Under the pieces are notes generated by a model. That model did no database searches. It was not told the DNA's origin and saw only the letters and a list, made by a program, of their open reading frames with translations. Shown in pieces: positions 62,901 through 64,000 of a stretch of 64,000 nucleotides of DNA. Both the position numbers and the translations under genes were made by a program. Within the stretch, counting starts at the first letter, position 1, and every line of letters begins with the position of its first letter. This stretch comes from Malacoraja senta (lineage: Eukaryota): positions 11,346,001 through 11,410,000 of the forward strand of contig CM075980.1 in the NCBI GenBank assembly GCA_038087875.1, read 5' to 3'.

Positions 62901-64000
62901 TTGGTAATTAGCACTGTAAGGGCCAGGGGAGGTGGCACGAACAGCTGTCGGTAGTTCAGTTATCACCCAAATGGGTTATGAAGAGGCCCATTACAATGAG
63001 GGTTTACTGTACAGTATGTCAGTTTTTACCACAGTGACCATTGCATTGACATGCCATGATCCTCTATTAAACAATGCAAAATACTGCCTTCAGTATTTTT
63101 AGCTTGCAGCAACAAAATTGACTTGAATATCCTGCAGGGGAAATGACTTTGTTATTATGAGCCTGATACACACTAGCCTCCAAATTCCCTTTTTGCCATT
63201 GATACAATTGTGTTTCCAGCATTTCCCATAACCCAAGGTTTCTTAGGAATGCAACTACTGCGTTAGGGCAGCACTACGTATATTATTTGTATGACACATT
63301 TATACATTTTAATCTTTTAACTCACTTAGTAGCACCCATTCTTTCATCTCTCTGCTGCTTTTAAAACACCTCATTTTTCCATCCAACACTAGTCAGAAGA
63401 AGCCCATAGTGGCCAATTGCAAATTATGTTTTGAGAAAAGCTGATTATGGACACAGAATTGGCTTGAGAAAGCAAAAGAAAGGAAAATGGTAACATCAAT
63501 AAGTGCTTCATTCCAGGGGTTCAACCCTTCTTTCTTAAATCTGTAAATGGCATGTTAGCTACATTTTTATTGAAAGAATGCGAGGAAAATCAAGGTAAAT
63601 AGAACTAGGTCACAGATGTCCCATGATCCAACTGAAGAGCAGAACAGACTTGAGGGGTTACATTTTCTCCTGTTCTAAAGTCATCCATTAAAGTGTTATT
63701 ACAACATTGCACAAATAGACTTTAGCATTACCAAATGGTTCAAGGCCTGATGTTGGTCTGACTCAAACTAAATATCCATAAATCAGCACCAATTCCAACC
63801 GTTAGGAATCCTGCACAAACCTCCATCAATTGCATCATTCTCTCCTTTGCCAGAACCAGAAGTTGTTCTCTCAAGATATTCCAATGAAAGATAGGGAATA
63901 CAATTTTCAGTACATTTTAACTGAAAGTATGGAGTGTTCAGTCAATATTGCTGAATACAATATTTTCCCAAAGTTACAGAAACAATAATTTAGCAATATT

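Noticed and set aside
60330-64000. GCN1 exon 1 or promoter
   Set aside because: No CpG island and no MAADTQ-like start exon seen; the region is intron 1 with CR1 and SINE remnants
1-64000. CRISPR arrays, prokaryotic operons, tRNA or rRNA genes, U12-type introns
   Set aside because: Vertebrate intronic DNA; tRNA-like parts are SINE heads; no regularly spaced repeat-spacer array; no GTATCC or ATATCC donors among the mapped introns

Overview
Eukaryotic (vertebrate) genomic DNA. The repeat content (HE1-like V-SINEs, CR1/HER1-like LINEs, Deu-domain SINE remnants, Penelope-derived elements) points to a cartilaginous fish, probably a skate or ray (inference). The window lies entirely within the GCN1 gene (eIF2-alpha kinase GCN2 activator, HEAT-repeat ribosome-collision sensor) on the minus strand. 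I mapped 43 consecutive GT-AG coding exons (60329 down to 869), numbered 2-44 by analogy to human GCN1 as I recall it. Exon 1 and exons 45 onward fall outside the window. All exon phases chain correctly except exon 36, which is 1 nt short, giving a frameshift and an immediate TGA; this is either an assembly indel or a real null allele. The introns are TE-rich: a full-length decayed IR/DR Tc1, a 1035-bp non-autonomous DNA transposon with a 7-bp TSD, a Harbinger-type MITE, and CR1, Rex1/Babar and RTE fragments. Main second-look items: (i) about 20 short Penelope-derived inserts, many with minimal hammerhead-ribozyme motifs, several palindromic or flanked by their own TSDs, with perfect cores only antisense to GCN1; (ii) three GC-rich composite retroposon-like elements sharing a conserved hairpin but carrying different 3' tails; (iii) a CpG-rich, foldable 143-nt intronic segment that I cannot assign; (iv) several templated-insertion repair scars. 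TE boundaries are approximate unless TSDs or TIRs are quoted.
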